Shown: positions 10,761 through 24,115 of the stretch, piece by piece
How the letters are laid out: the number at the start of each line of letters is the position of its first letter
Numbering within the stretch: position 1 is the first letter of the stretch
Origin: Chiloscyllium plagiosum
Taxonomy: Eukaryota
Assembly: GCF_004010195.1 (NCBI RefSeq)
Contig: NC_057754.1
Coordinates: 4,651,280 to 4,715,279, forward strand
DNA length: 64,000 nucleotides
Direction: 5' to 3'
Position numbers and translations under genes: made by a program
The notes under the pieces: model-generated
Databases searched by the model: none
Told to the model about the DNA's origin: nothing
Seen by the model: the letters and a program-made list of their open reading frames with translations, nothing else

Positions 10761-13357
10761 CACTTTCGTTGGGCAACAGTGTTTTATGCCCAGAACATGC
10801 TCTGTCCAATCTGTGTGTGACAGTCCTAACCATAACTGACTTGTAATTCCAGCAGGCATTGTATTTGCCCTGTGGCAAAGTGCCCACTGAAGCCTCTATT
10901 AAACAGTACAAATCATTACAATACATATATAGTGCTCCTTTGCTATTTTAATGGAAGACTTCACCTTTTTTTTAAGCTGATACTTCTTTTAACCAAAGAG
11001 GCAAAGGACCAACAGTTTATACATTCCTGGTCAAGTGAAAAATGTATCTTTACATCCAGTCTGTCAGAATTTTATACATTTCAATCAGATCCCTTTTCAT
11101 TCTTCTAATCTCCAGTGGACACCTGTTCCAATCAACCTCCTCTCTCCTCGTGGGTCCAACCTGCCAACACTGAAATCAGTCTGGCGAACCTTTGCTGCAT
11201 TGTCTCAATCATAGATGGAAACACACCCAAGCCCACTCCTGTCTTCATTTAAAGTCAGCACACATGCAATTTCTCACAGGCATCACTGTTTAGAAATCAG
11301 AAAACAGAATACTAGCTGACCTCCTCTGAACAACTCAAAACATCCTCAGACGCTGCCTGACCTGCTATGCTTTTCCAGCAACACACTCTCGACTCTGATC
11401 TCCAGCATCTGCAGTCCTCCCTTTGTCCAACTCAAAACTGAAGCCAATTTTGGTTTCTTCAACTGCTGGTGTAGATGAGCTCATCTAATTCAACTGGGAT
11501 CAAATGTTGAACCTTCAGTTTCTCTGTTCCTTGAGTGATACATTTTCCCACTAAATCTTTAAAGAAGATCATTGCCTAGCAACAATTGAACTATATATAG
11601 GCTACCAATGGGTTTTTGGTACTAAACTAATTTACCTTTTGATATTCTATTCTTTTTGCCTCTTACAGTTAAATTTAGTGTGTTTGACAGTTCATTTTAT
11701 CTGAATCTGAACAGAAGGTGCCTAGTCTGGATCATGCCACTGAAAGAACTGGCCCATTGCAAAAAAAATTCAGTTGTCTCTCAGTTCTGTATTGTCAGAT
11801 CTTTGGAAGAAGTTGGATGATTAGTGGGACGCATCAATTTGCTGCTCCAATTGATTTAATTTTCAACAGGAAGCCTGTAATCTGTCTTTAGCTTAGTTTA
11901 TAATGGTACTAGCCAATTTGTAGCCAAAGTGCAGAGCTCTTTCACTTGCGGGTTGGGTAGAATTGTCAGGAAATTCACCCTAAGCCATTGGCAAACCTGG
12001 GAACTGGCTATTAAGTGACATATGTCTTGGAAGCAGATAGTTGTCTGTTGACCTTTCGCCTGAGGAATATTTTGTGGCTCAAGGAGACCCAAAAAAACCA
12101 ATACATGACTTTATGTGCAATTATAAACCTCAGAATCTCAAAAAGCAAAGTTTGCTTCAGTAAAAGCACGAAATGTTTTATCCAGGGTATTCATAATTTT
12201 TGGCACTGAGCATGTCCACAGTGTCATCGGTACAAGGACAGTGATACCAAACGCCAACACTGGTTATCCACTGATCTCTATCAATTTGCCTTTCCGGACT
12301 CTATGGCAGAATTTAAACATGGTTTTCTGTTCTTTTTTGTTGCAGGATGAACTGGCTGAAATCTGTGGGCAGCCCAATGTCTCGGATTGACAAAGCCCAA
12401 TTCTCAGACGAGAGAGAGATCTCCAAACTGGATTTTAATAACTTCTCAACCAGATACTAGGATGTTGCAATAACTGGTGCTTGCTGAAACTTTGTTAATA
12501 TCATCTTTAATGCCATACAGCTTGGAGAGGGAGAAAGAGGGGACATTTGTTGAATATGAGGGTTTGGAGAGTAACTTACTGAGAGAGTAAGGGGTGTAAG
12601 TTGCTTGCTATTCATGATTTTTTTTTGTTTTGATTCCCCCAATAAATTCTGAGTCTTTCCTGTCTTTGGGGTCTGGCAATCAATCTCCATGCATTTCTTT
12701 TATTTTAAAAACTGTTTATGCTGACAACATATTCAGCTCCATCAAAGTTAAGATTTCAATTGGTTCACCAGATGCTACAAGGAATTTTGTTGAGCAGAGG
12801 TGCAATGCTTCCTTTTCCTTTTAGTGAAGGTTGGGGACAAATCATCTGTCTCTCCATCTTTCATAAGATTTGTTTATTGCATTGTGGCTCCATGTAGTCC
12901 AAGTATTGCGAGTATACAGCTATAACTACCTCTTCACTTTAATTTTATGTTTTTTAAAAGCAGAGATCAGTCACCAGTCATCTGCTGGTCACTTGTCTCT
13001 GAGGTTATTCTGGTGCCAGGTCTAATGTAGGTCACTTCAGCTTTTTGATAGGTTGGCCGATTTGCATCATAAATGCTGCTGGAGAGCTGACTCTTGCATG
13101 CTAAAATCATCAGCACTGCAATAGCACAATGGTTTTTAGTAACTACTTAAAACAGCATCACTGTTAGTAATTTTTAAATGATAGAACTTATATGCTTTAT
13201 ACTTTTGTTGATGGTTCTCACATTTGGTGTAAACTGCTTTTATTAAACTGGAAGAGAAAATCTAATTGCGAGGGTTGTCTGAAATTTATAGTTTATGGGC
13301 ATCATGCTATACTTCACTGCTGATTGCAGGATTGAATCATGTAATTAAAATTGTTTT

Positions 13358-14118
13358 GGATGTAAGTTTGCTCACTGAGCTAGAAGGTTCGTTTTCAGAC
13401 GTCACCTAGTATGGTGACGAAACATCATCAGTGAGCCTCCGGTGAAGCACTGGTAGTATGGCCCACTTTTTATGTGTTTACGTTTCCTTGGGTTGGTGAT
13501 ATCATTTCCTGTGGTGATGTCATATCCTGTTCTTTTTCTCAGGGGCTGGTAAATGGGATCCATCTAACAACTGCTGCCTCACAGCGCCAGAGACCCGGGT
13601 TCAATTCCTGTCTCAGGCGACTGACTGTGTGGAGTTTGTACATTCTCCCTGTGTCTGCGTTGGTTCCTCTGGGTGTTCCGGTTTCCTCTGACAGTCCAAA
13701 AATGTGCAGGTTAGGTGAATTGGCCATGCTAAATTGCCCGTAGTGTTAGGTGAAGGGGTAAATGCAGGGGAATGGGTCTGGGTGGGTTGCGCTTCGGCGG
13801 GTCGGTGTGGACTTGTTGGGCTGAAGGGCCTGTTTCCACACTGTAAGTAATCTAAAACGAACACAGTGACTTGGATCCCATTTACCACCCCTGAGAAAAA
13901 GCACAGGAAATAACGTCACCACAGGAAATGACATCACCAACCCAAGGAAACCTAAACACATAAATAAAAAGTGGGCCATACCACTAGTGCTTCATTGGAG
14001 GCTCACTGATGATGTTACCTAGTATGGTGATGAAAAGTCTGAAAATGAACCATCCAGCTCAGCTAGCAAACCTATATCCAGAGCCTCAACCTGAGCTACA
14101 AATCTTCTTAAAACCCAC
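13358..14118. mobile_element. Penelope-like fold-back unit, family E, with internal HE1 SINE
   Basis: Inverted arms 13358-13561 and 13872-14080; 12-bp TSD TAAAATTGTTTT at 13346-13357 and 14119-14130; hammerhead motif at 14003-14042. Confidence 0.85.
13567..13855 (+). mobile_element. HE1 SINE (5'-clipped) between the Penelope arms
   Basis: CTGCTGCCTCACAGCGCCAGAGACCCGGGTTCAATTCC...CACTGTAAGTAATCTAA. Confidence 0.9.
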
Positions 14119-14479
14119 TAAAATTGTTTTATAGGTTACTGTCACTATAATTTTGACACTGTTCAACATATCAGCCCCTGTTAAGTGTTATGTCATTTTG
14201 AGTCCTTGCAGATGACAATTGAGAAATTCCAAGTTCTTCATCTATTTTTCAATCCAGAATACCCTGTACAATAAATGACACAAAAGCCAGATGCTGGATT
14301 CTTCAAGCAAAAACAGAAAATGCAAAATTTACTCAACAGATCGGACAGTATTTGTGGAGGAAGAACCAGTTACTGTTTCAGGTTGATGACCTCTTGTCAG
14401 AATTGGCAGAAGATAGAGATGTAATGGATTTTTAAGCACATGCATAGGCAGAGAGAAGGTGTGGGTAAGAGTTGGGTTC

Positions 14480-14810
14480 CTGACACAGAGGTAATGTCAC
14501 TGGACAAATAGTGGAATTTAGATTCAGTTAATAAAATCTGATATTGGAAGCTAGTCCTAGAAATGGTGACCATGAAATTATTGTTGGTAAGTCTCCATCT
14601 GGTTCACTAAAGGAAGAACATCAGTCATCTTTACCCAGTCTGGCCAACATGTGACGCCAGATCCACAACTGCGTGAATAAGTTTTAACTGAATTTTTGGA
14701 ACGGCTGAACAAGACACTGTATTCAAGGGCAGTTAGGGAGCTTTGGAGCAATTAGAGATGGGAAACAAATGCTGCTGTGTCAATGATCACTACTTCCTAT
14801 CAATGAGAAC
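14480..14810 (+). mobile_element. Old SINE, same family as 5480-5775
   Basis: CTGGTTCACTAA...CTTTACCCAGTCTGGCCAACATGTGAC core. Confidence 0.6.
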
Positions 14811-15420
14811 CTTAGAAAGGTGGTGAGGAGGACTTAACAACAGGATAAGGTGAAAGGCTGGGCTAATGAATGTTGAAAAATGTGGCTGGTAATGAGACTA
14901 ACAAATTTTTAAAAAGCAACTGTATGTGACAACTTCTATTTGCATAAAAACAGAAAGTACTGGAAATACCAATCAGGTCTGGTAGCATCTGTGAGAGAAA
15001 AAGAGAGGTTGTGACTATTTATCACAACTTCTCAGTTTTCTCCATTTACCTAAATCCTTTTCACACACAATCATTTTCCTTGTAATAGGGTGAGGGAATG
15101 CAAGTATGTTAGGCAGAAGCCAGGACAGGTCCGAGATGAGGGAATTTGAAAATCTGTTCAAAGATATATGACTAAATATCATTTCATTTTGGAAAGTGCA
15201 AATGGTCTAAAATAGAATTAGGGCCTACTGAGGTAATCCTTAATTCTGCCAAATGATAAGGAAGTCCTTGACACTTCATGAGCTGTTTGTCAGCACTTGT
15301 TCAGATGGCTGCAGCAGGATTAGAATGCAAGCTGTCTCCATTACCTCCAAACCTAAGGAAACATAGACTGTCTGAAAGAATGATCTAGCCCAGGCTGGCT
15401 CAGCTTCACTCCTTTAATAG

Positions 15421-15766
15421 AGTGACTTGATAGAGGTGTACAAGATGATTAGGGGTTTAGATAGGGTCGACAGTGAGAATCTTTTTCCACGTATGGAGTC
15501 AGCTATTACAAGGGGGCATAGCTTTAAATTAAGGGGGGGTAGGTATAGGACAGATGTTAGGGGTAGATTCTTTACTCAGCGAGTCGTGAGTTCATGGAAT
15601 GCCCTGCCAGTAGCAGTGGTGGACTCTCCTTCATTATGGGCATTTAAATGTGCATTGGATAGGCATATGGAGGATAGTGGGCTAGTGTAGGTTAGGTGGG
15701 CTTGGATCGGCGTAACATCGAGGGCCAAAGGGCCTGTACTGCGCTGTATTCTTCTATGTTCTATGT
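15421..15766 (+). mobile_element. Young HER1/CR1 3' fragment
   Basis: Open C-terminal frame IEVYKMIRGLDRVD...FFTQRVVSSWNALP; TTCTATG tail; near-identical to 33490-33755. Confidence 0.9.
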
Positions 15767-16123
15767 AATAATTGTAAAATACTGCAGATGCTGGAACTCT
15801 GAGATCAAAACAAAATGCTGCAGAAACTGAGCAAGACTGGCAACATCTGTGGGGAGAGACAGAGAGAGAGAGTTAATGTTTTGAGTCTAATATGGCTTCT
15901 TCAAAGCTGAAAGAAACTCCTGCTCAGGTAGCATGAGTCCAGTAATGCCGAGAGTGCACACTACCTAAAAGAAATAAGCCTTGTGTGAAACTGGAGCACT
16001 TGTTGCTGTGTATGAAATTTAGCTGGAGAAGATGCAGAGAAAAAAGTCAATATTTTATACCAAAAAGGAAAATGAGGTAAGTAACAATATGAAAGATAAA
16101 GGATATGTTAATAGAGCATAGAA

Positions 16124-16440
16124 GGGCAGTATGGTGGATCAGTGGTTCGCACTGCTGCCTCACAGCACCAGAGACCGAGGCTCGATTCCAGCCTTGGGCA
16201 ACTATCCGTGTGGAGTTTGCACATTCTCCCCATGTCTGCATGAGTTTCCTCCCACAATCCAAAGATGTGCAGGTTGGGTGAATTGGCCATGCTAAATTGC
16301 CATATAGTGTTCAGGGGTGTGTAGGTTAGGTGCATTAGTCAGGGATAAATATAGGATAGAGGAATGGGTCTGGTTGGGTTACTCTTCGGAGGGTGAACTT
16401 GTAGGGCTGAAGGACCTGTTTCCACACAGGGATTCTATTT
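16124..16440 (+). mobile_element. HE1 SINE
   Basis: tRNA-like head and V-domain GTGGAGTTTGCACATTCTCCCC. Confidence 0.9.
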
Positions 16441-16464
16441 GTAGGGATTCTGTATTTAAAAAAA

Positions 16465-16935
16465 AAAGAAAAGAACAGCACAGCACAGGAATGGGCCCTT
16501 CTGTCCACGATATTGTGCTGAATGTAATGCCAAATCAAACTAATCACTTCTGCCTGCCTTGGTTCATATTCCTCCATTCCTTGCATATCCATGTGCTTAT
16601 CTAAAAGTCCCTTCAATGCCCCTATTGTATCTGCCTCCACCACCACCTCTGGCAGCATGTTCCAGATTCCTACCACTCTGTGTAAAAAATAACTTGTCCC
16701 TCACATCTCCTTTGAACTTTCACCCTCTCATCCTAAAGCATGCCCCCTCATATTAGATACTTCAACTCTGGGAAGAAGATTCTGATTGTCAACCCTATCT
16801 ATGTATCTCATAATTTTATAGACTTCTATCAAGTCTCCCCTCAGCCTGTGCTGCTCCAGAGAAAACAATCTGAGTTTTTCTAGCTTCTCCTTATAGCTCA
16901 TACTCTCTAATCCAGGCAACATCCTGGTAAACCTC
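16465..16935 (-). mobile_element. CR1-clade LINE 3' fragment
   Basis: FTRMLPGLESMSY...LFSLEQHRLRGDLIEVYKIM; WNMLPEVVVEA. Confidence 0.9.
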
Positions 16936-18479
16936 AGATTTTTTTGTGATATTGTTTGACGGACAAACATTGATAACCCCTGCTCTTCTGTGAAGTAGTA
17001 GCTGTAACATCTTTCATGTCCACCTGACTGTGCAGACTTCAGTTTTTAAATATCCTCTCTGAAAGGTGTCGCCTCCTGTCACTACCACATTATATCAGCC
17101 TATATTTATTATGCAAATCATTGGAATGGTTTTTGGACTCTAAGTGGAAATCTTTACTCGCTGAAATACAGCTGACATTAACAATGGAAGGTAGCTGCGC
17201 CAGAGATGGGGAAAAGAAGGCCAAGGAGACTGCAGTAACAACAATTTAAACCCTTCAAGATATAACAAATGTAACTGACCCCTGGTGAAGTAAAGTTCTT
17301 TCCGAAGGTACCTGGAGTTTCTGTATCCTTCCCTGTGGTCTATTGTTGAAAAATGTGTTGCTGGAAAAGCGCAGCAGGTCAGGCAGCATTCAAGGAGCAG
17401 AATCGATGTTTCGGGCATAGGCCTGTGGTCTATTGTTGTTTATTTCTGACAGCAAATACCAGTTTCTCAGTGACTTATAGGATATCACAACTCAATCCAG
17501 GCTGACATCATGCAGGTTCCAGGAAAGTGAGTGCTGGTTGATTTATTTTCTACAATCTACAAATACTGGTAACATTTCAAAAGTGCTTAACTGGTATATA
17601 TAAATGCACACCACTCATTCTTTCATATTTCACTTCTGTCTGTTCTTCCTTGTACCATCTATCTTTTATTCCTTCCTTTTATCCTTTTCCTCTTTTGAAA
17701 CCTTTATAAGAGAATTGAGTAAATATCTGAAATGCTAAAGTTTGCAGGGAAAAAAACAGGAGTGGGATTAAATGAATTGCTATTGCAAAGAACTAATATG
17801 GACACAATGAGCTGAATAATCTTCAGTACTGTAACAATTTGTCCATCTGTCTTTCCTTCTTTACACAGTACTTGAAAATAGGTGCCTTGACCCGTAAAAG
17901 TGTTTTACAGATTAGCATAAGCTTTAGCACAGAGCAGCAGATAAACTTGGGACCTTCAAGCGAATGAGAGTCAATACTGCAGTAGATAGACTTTTGTTTA
18001 CTGAGCTATCCAGAGAACCACAGTGTTGTCTTTAAATTTCATAACAGAGTACATTATAATGTGAACTAACCAAGAGGAGATTGGTCTATTTTACTCATTC
18101 CTTGCCTGACAGTTTTGACTGACAGCCTAGCCCTTGCGTTTATTTTTCCTTTTCCCTCCAGGGTACCCTATTGCTCACAGGGTTGGTGGCGAGATTCATG
18201 TTAGATCAGAACAGATCATCTCCACTTGGCTTTGCCTGCTGTCCCAACAGCTTGTCTGCTATTAACCTGCAGGTAAGGAACTGTGATCTAATTACTAAAA
18301 AAAGGATTGAGGCTGCATGCAGCTATTACATCTGACACCATTCTGTCAGCCACCAGGGATTTTCTCACTATTGGTCACTCTACAAAAGAAGACCTCACTA
18401 CCGTGAGATACTTGAGATAAGCAGCAGACATGTAAGCTCTTTCAATGGATTCATTGTAAAATAATTATAATACAATAAA

Positions 18480-19010
18480 ACAGAAACAGAAATAGGCCAG
18501 TCAGCTAATTGAGTCTACTCCACTATTTAATGAGATCATGGTTGATCTGATACCCTCAACCCCACTTTCCTGCCTTTTTCCCATAATCTCTGATACCTTT
18601 ACTGATTAAAAATCTATCACAACCTTGAATATACTTAACAACCCAACCTCCGCACTCCTCCGTGGTGAACAATTCCACAGATTCATTACCCAATGAGAGA
18701 AAGAAATCCTCTCTTTTAAATGGGTAACCCCTTAATCTGAGATTATGGCCCCTGGTCCTAGATTCTCCCACAAGGGGAATCAACATCTCTGCATCTAGCC
18801 TCTGAAACCCCCTAAGTACTTTGTTTGTTTCAATAAATCTTTTCTCATTCATATAAACTCCAATGAGTAAAAGTCCAACCTAATCAACCTCTCTTGGTAG
18901 GAAAATGCCTCCATACCTGGAATCAGCTGAGTAAACTTTCTCTGGACTGCCTCCAATGTCAGTATATCTTTCCTTAGATAAGGGACAACACTGTTCACAG
19001 TATTCGAACT
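18480..19010 (-). mobile_element. CR1-clade LINE 3' fragment (older subfamily)
   Basis: PYLRKDILTLEAVQRKFTQLIPGM; SRTRGHNLRLRG. Confidence 0.85.
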
Positions 19011-19099
19011 GTGTTCAGACAAATATACATTGGTCAAGTAATAATTTATAAGTACACTTCTTTGGTAAATACAGTGAAGTGGCTAATTGCCCTACTTTG

Positions 19100-19705
19100 G
19101 AGTCATAGAGCTTACAGCATGGAAACAGACCCTTCAGTTGAACTCATCCATGCTGAACAGATATCCTAAATTAATCTACTTCCATTTGCCAGCATTTGTT
19201 CCTTATCCCTCTCAACCTTTCCTATTCACGTACGCATCCAGATATCTTTTAAATGTTGTAATTGTAACAGCCTCCTCCATTCCCTCTTGCAGTTCATTCT
19301 ATACATGCATCACCCTCTGTGTGAAAAAGTTGCCCTTCCCTTTTAAACCTTTCCCCTCTCACCTTAAACCAAATGCCATCTAACGTTGGACTCCATTACC
19401 CTGGGGAAAAGACCTTGCTATTCACCCTATCTATGCCCTTTATGATTTTATAAACTTCTATGGGGTCATGCCTCACCCTGCACACTTCAGGGAAAATAGC
19501 CCCAGCCTATTCAGCCTCTCCCTGTAGCTCAAACCCTCCAACCCTGGCAACGTATAGTAAATCTTTTTCTGAACCTTTTCAAGTTTCACAACATCCTTCC
19601 TATAGCAGAGAGACCACAACTGAAAGCAGTATTTCAAAAGTGGCCTAATGTATGGCTGCAACATGACCTCCCAACTCCTATACTCATTGGACTGACCAAT
19701 AAAAG
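19100..19705 (-). mobile_element. HER1/CR1 3' fragment
   Basis: RPLLKYCFQLWS...KDVVKLEKVQK...LNRLGLFSL. Confidence 0.9.
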
Positions 19706-20855
19706 GGTGAAGCTAGAAACTACCACAATCCAACCACCCTCCTCCCCTTCCCATTTTATCAAATAATCAAAAAAACAGGAGTAACCCATACAGTCCCTGG
19801 AACCTATACTTCAACGTGATCTTATTCCTATATATTCTACACTTCCATATTCCTACATCATGCCCCATGATCTTTTTCATGCCCAAAGGCCATTATGCTC
19901 TGTTTTGAATGTACCCTAATTGCTGATGATCCACAGCTCATTTGGGTAGAGAATTATAGTTCCCTAATGTTCTAATATTGAATACAGTGGCAAGTGAGTG
20001 GTTCCCTATTTTGGTTTCAATTAAAAATACCTAACCTACCTCATTCCTGAGGCAGTAGGGATCATGCATGGTTTTTGTGATCTGTCAAACAATTTTTCAC
20101 CTCCCATTCTAGCCACAATTAGATAATGAAAAATTATCATTAGGAATGAAAAAAAGAAAGGGTGTGGGGGCACTACTGGAAAGTTGGCTTGGCACCTGCA
20201 AAACTAGAGTGTCAGGGCATGTTTACATAATTTCCAAGAATGATTGCACCTCCGATCCAGAAGTCCATTCCATTTTTTTATCCATCCTTGTGTTGGGAGT
20301 TTAATAATATTGTTGCACAGTTTTTCTTGCCGGTTGTAACCTGCACTCCCTTGCCCTACTTTCTTGGCATACTTTGAAATAGTATTTAGGTTTTACTTTT
20401 TCTCGAACATTCACTGCTTTAGATAAATTCACCTGTCATTTGTCTTCTTCCAAAATGGGAGATCCCAGATTTTAAGCAGTTCTTCCTCATGATTCACTCT
20501 TGTTTTGGTAGCAGTGTGGGAGTCAAAGGATGAGAAGGACACACTTGGCTTGAAATCACATTCTGACATTGTTTTGTTTCACAGGTTGAGACCCTAACTA
20601 TAGCTCCTCTGCACTAAACTTGTCTAAGATGCATCTTTTATGTTAATTCTTACAACAGGCTTCTCCCTCCATTGTCCTGTGCACCCTTCTTCAGTTCAAA
20701 GATAAGGTTCTGTTCAGAGTTATGAAATCCAAAATAAATCGTTACTGTAAATGCAGAATTGCCTGGAATTATCCAGAGAATAGGTTGCACTTAACATCCT
20801 GACTTCTTCTGAATTATTCCCAATGCTCCGTTACTGAAATTTGCCATTACCAAAG

Positions 20856-21724
20856 TTATGATGACGGATCAGAACCCTCATGCAATTCCAAAGGCTTTAA
20901 AAAAACGTAAGATAAGTAGTACAAAAAGAGAAAAAAAAACTGTGAATGTAAGTTTAGTGACTGCCTGAAAAAGCCCTTGTGCAAAACCCATGAATTGGCA
21001 CACCAGTCAAATATCAAGGAAATTTCAAACAGGGGGAAACGTAATAATGAAGATGTGGTCTATTCCCCTCTCAGCAGGCAGCCATCTCTTGTAGGCATGT
21101 CTGTTTTACCAGCCAGGATTATACAAAGGAAGGGCTTGAAAACTGATTGCAACGCAAGTCTGTGTCTGTTAATGGCCAGATGTCCTGGTGTGTAAACATC
21201 CCAGCACTGCAGGTTAAATAAAGGGAAAGACTCTCGTTCACTCTGAATCGTGGAATTCGATCACTGTTGAAAGGAATCAGAACAACAGAATTTAAACCAA
21301 CCTACAAAATCAAGAATCTTGAAATCAACTGCCCAGCTGCCAACATCAATGCTACTAGTGCCAGTAAACGTAGTCCTATCTGCTGTTCACAAACAATTCA
21401 GTTACTGATCCCTTTAACATGTATCTTTCTGGACTTACCTCTTATTTTCACTCGTGTGTGTGTGTGTGTGTGTGTATATGTGTTGTGCTCCTATTTCTTC
21501 TCATGTTTACTCTTTTTGTTAATTCAATAAATCCTGGTTAAATTGGCTCCTTTTAAATCAAAAATGTTTTGAGTGCAGGAGAAAAGTATCCACATGAAAA
21601 AGATCTTTTAAATTGACTTGTTGTGACCAACAGAGGGGGTAGGTGTATAACCAAGGGGAACCAGTTCATCTCTCTGCAGCCAGGAGCTCAATGAGTTATT
21701 GCATCCCATCCAGAACCCTAACAC
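20856..21724 (+). mobile_element. LTR-like repeat (family shared with 54121-54895)
   Basis: Colinear blocks shared with 54.2-54.8 kb (GCACTGCAGG, AAATCAACTGC, CTGGTTAAATTGGCT, GTAT(C/T)CACA...AGATC); AATAAA present; ends in ...TAACA. Confidence 0.5.
21454..21476. repeat. (GT)n microsatellite
   Basis: About 11 GT units. Confidence 0.9.
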
Positions 21725-22054
21725 ATTGGGGAACTTTGCCCAGCTTCTGACCATAAAACAGTTAACATTATCACGACCTTTTACAAAAAAAAAGTACTTG
21801 TCTGAGTGAGATATATCCCAGCAAGAACATAGAACACATTTGGCTTCAAATCACAATTCAGTAAGGTAGCTGCCTCTGCCTCTAATGAAACTCTGTGCAA
21901 ACACTGCTGAGGTGAAGTACAGGGCAGGTTAGAAGCAAAGTAAGTCTCCCGTACGTTGTCCCAATAAGCACTCAAAGATTAGGTTAAAAACAGAGTTGAT
22001 TTCATGCTACGCAGCCTAAACAAAGTTTGAGAGGGAGGGGAGAGGAGAGATGTT

Positions 22055-22412
22055 AGGGTGGCACAGTGTCTCAGTGGTTAGCGCTGCTGCCTCACAACAT
22101 GAGGGACCCAGGTTCAATTCCAGCTTCAGGCGACTGTTTATGTAGAGTTTGCACATGTTCCCCATGTCTGCATGGGGTCATCTCTGCATGATATGGTTTC
22201 CTCTCATAGTCCCAAAGATGTGCAGGTTAGGTGGATTGGCCATACTAAATTGTCCATGGTGTCCAGTGGATGTGCAGGTAAGGTGGACTCAATATGAGAA
22301 ATGGAGGGTCACAGGGATTGATTAAGGGGGTCTGGGTGGAATGCTCTTTGGAGGGTCAGTGTGGACTTGATGGGCTGAACGGCCTGCTTCCACACTGAAG
22401 GGATTCTATGTT
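22055..22412 (+). mobile_element. HE1 SINE
   Basis: GGGTGGCACAGTGTCTCAGTGGTTAGCGCTGCTGCC head, HER1-like tail. Confidence 0.9.
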
Positions 22413-22704
22413 CGAGCCATTGAAAGGTTGTGTATAGGTTTGCAAAATTTGTATAGATTCATTATACAATACGGTTTATCGATAAGGTAGGTGATGGGGT
22501 TGATGAGAATTGCTGTTGTAGCTAGTAGAATTTAATTTTTCCACAGTGATATTTCTGGTACGGGTAAAGAGGGAGGAGGAAAGGGAAGTGCACTGGTGAG
22601 CAATGATAAAGCAATGTCAAGCCCTAATGCATTTGGGAGGTTTTAAAACACAGGCTGTGGTCAATGTGACAAACCTACTCACAAACTTCTTTATCAGCTG
22701 ATGT

Positions 22705-22905
22705 GTCAGCTATGGTTCAGTGAGTAGCATTGCCACCTCTGAGTCAACAGGTTGTAGATTCAACTCCATTCCAGATACTTCAACCCACAAGTCTAAGGTA
22801 AACCTGCAGTGCATTACTGAAGGAGTGCTGCACTGTTGGTAGTCCTGTCATTGAGAAACTGAACTGTCCGCTCTCATGCAATGGTGATATGACCTGATGG
22901 CACAA
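22705..22905 (+). mobile_element. DeuSINE (SacSINE1-like) 5' part
   Basis: tRNA-like head GTCAGCTATGGTTCAGTGAGTAGC...GATTCAACTCC then GGAGTGCTGCACTGTTGG; related to 28665-28915 and 62010-62190. Confidence 0.55.
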
Positions 22906-22911
22906 AGGTCT

Positions 22912-24056
22912 ATGGATGTAGGTTTGCTCGCTGAGCTGGAAGGTTTGTTTTCAGACGTTTCGTCACCATACTAGGTGACATCTTCAATGACGATTAGAGT
23001 GGTGCTGAAAGTACCCATCTCCGCCTAACATCTTCAGTGAGTCTCCGGATGAAGCACTGATGGTGTAGCCCGCATTCTATTTATATGTTTGGGTTTCCTT
23101 GGGTTGGTGATGTCATTTCCAGTGGTGATGTCATTTGCTATGATGATGTCATTTCCTATCTTTTTCTCAGGGGGTGGTAAATGGGATCCAAGTCAATGTA
23201 TTTGGTGACAGAGTTCCGATTAGAATGCCATGCTTCTAGGAATTCCCGTGCATGTCTCTGTTTGGCTTGTCCTAGGATAGGTGTGTTGTCCTAGGTGTGT
23301 CTTTCCTCATCTGTATGTAAGGATACTAGTGAGAGTGGGTCATGTCTTTGTGTGGTTAGTTGATGTTCATGTATCCTGCCTGTTTGTCCAGTGTAGTGTT
23401 TGTTACAGTTCTTGCATGTATTTTGTAAATCACATTAGTTTTGCTTATTGTCTGTATAGGGTCTTTCAAGTTCAGTAGCTGCTGTTTTAGTGTGTTGGTG
23501 GGTTTGTGGGCTACCATGATGTCAAGGGGTCTGAGTAGTCTGGCAGTCATTTCCGAGATGTCTTTGATGTAGAGGAGAGTGACTAGGGTTTCTGGATGCA
23601 TTTTGTCTGCTTGTTTGGGTTTGTTGCTGAGAAATCAGCGGACTGTCTTCATTGGGTACCCATTCTTTTGAATACACTGTAGGAGATTTTCCTGTGCTCT
23701 GCATAATTCCTCTGTGCTGCAGTGTGTGGTGGCTCATTGAAATAATGTTCTAATGCAGCTTCGTTTGTGGATGTTGGGATGATTGCTTCTGTACTTCAAT
23801 ATTTGGTCCGTATGTGTTTTTTTCTGTATACGCTAGTTTGAAGTTCCCCATTGGTTGTTCGCTCTACTGCGACATCTAGGAATGGCAGTTTGTTGTTGTT
23901 TTCCTCCTCTTTAGTGAATTTTATGCCAGTACTTCAAGACCATCAATAATACACTTACTGGCATAAAATTCACTGAAGAGGAGTAAAACAATAACAAACT
24001 GCCATTACTAGATGTCACAGTAGAGCGAACAGCCAATGGGGAACTTCAAACCAGCA
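22912..24056 (-). mobile_element. Penelope-like element, family E (RT C-terminus + GIY-YIG remnant)
   Basis: Minus-strand TLLYIKDISEMTARLLRPLDIMVAHKPTNTLK...NVIYKI; terminal repeat matches 13358-13561; internal ~100-bp inversion 23831-23931/23956-24055. Confidence 0.85.
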
Positions 24057-24115
24057 TTGGAACTGAGGAAGGGTCACTGGACCTGAAATGTTAACTCTGA
24101 TGTCTCTTTACAGAT

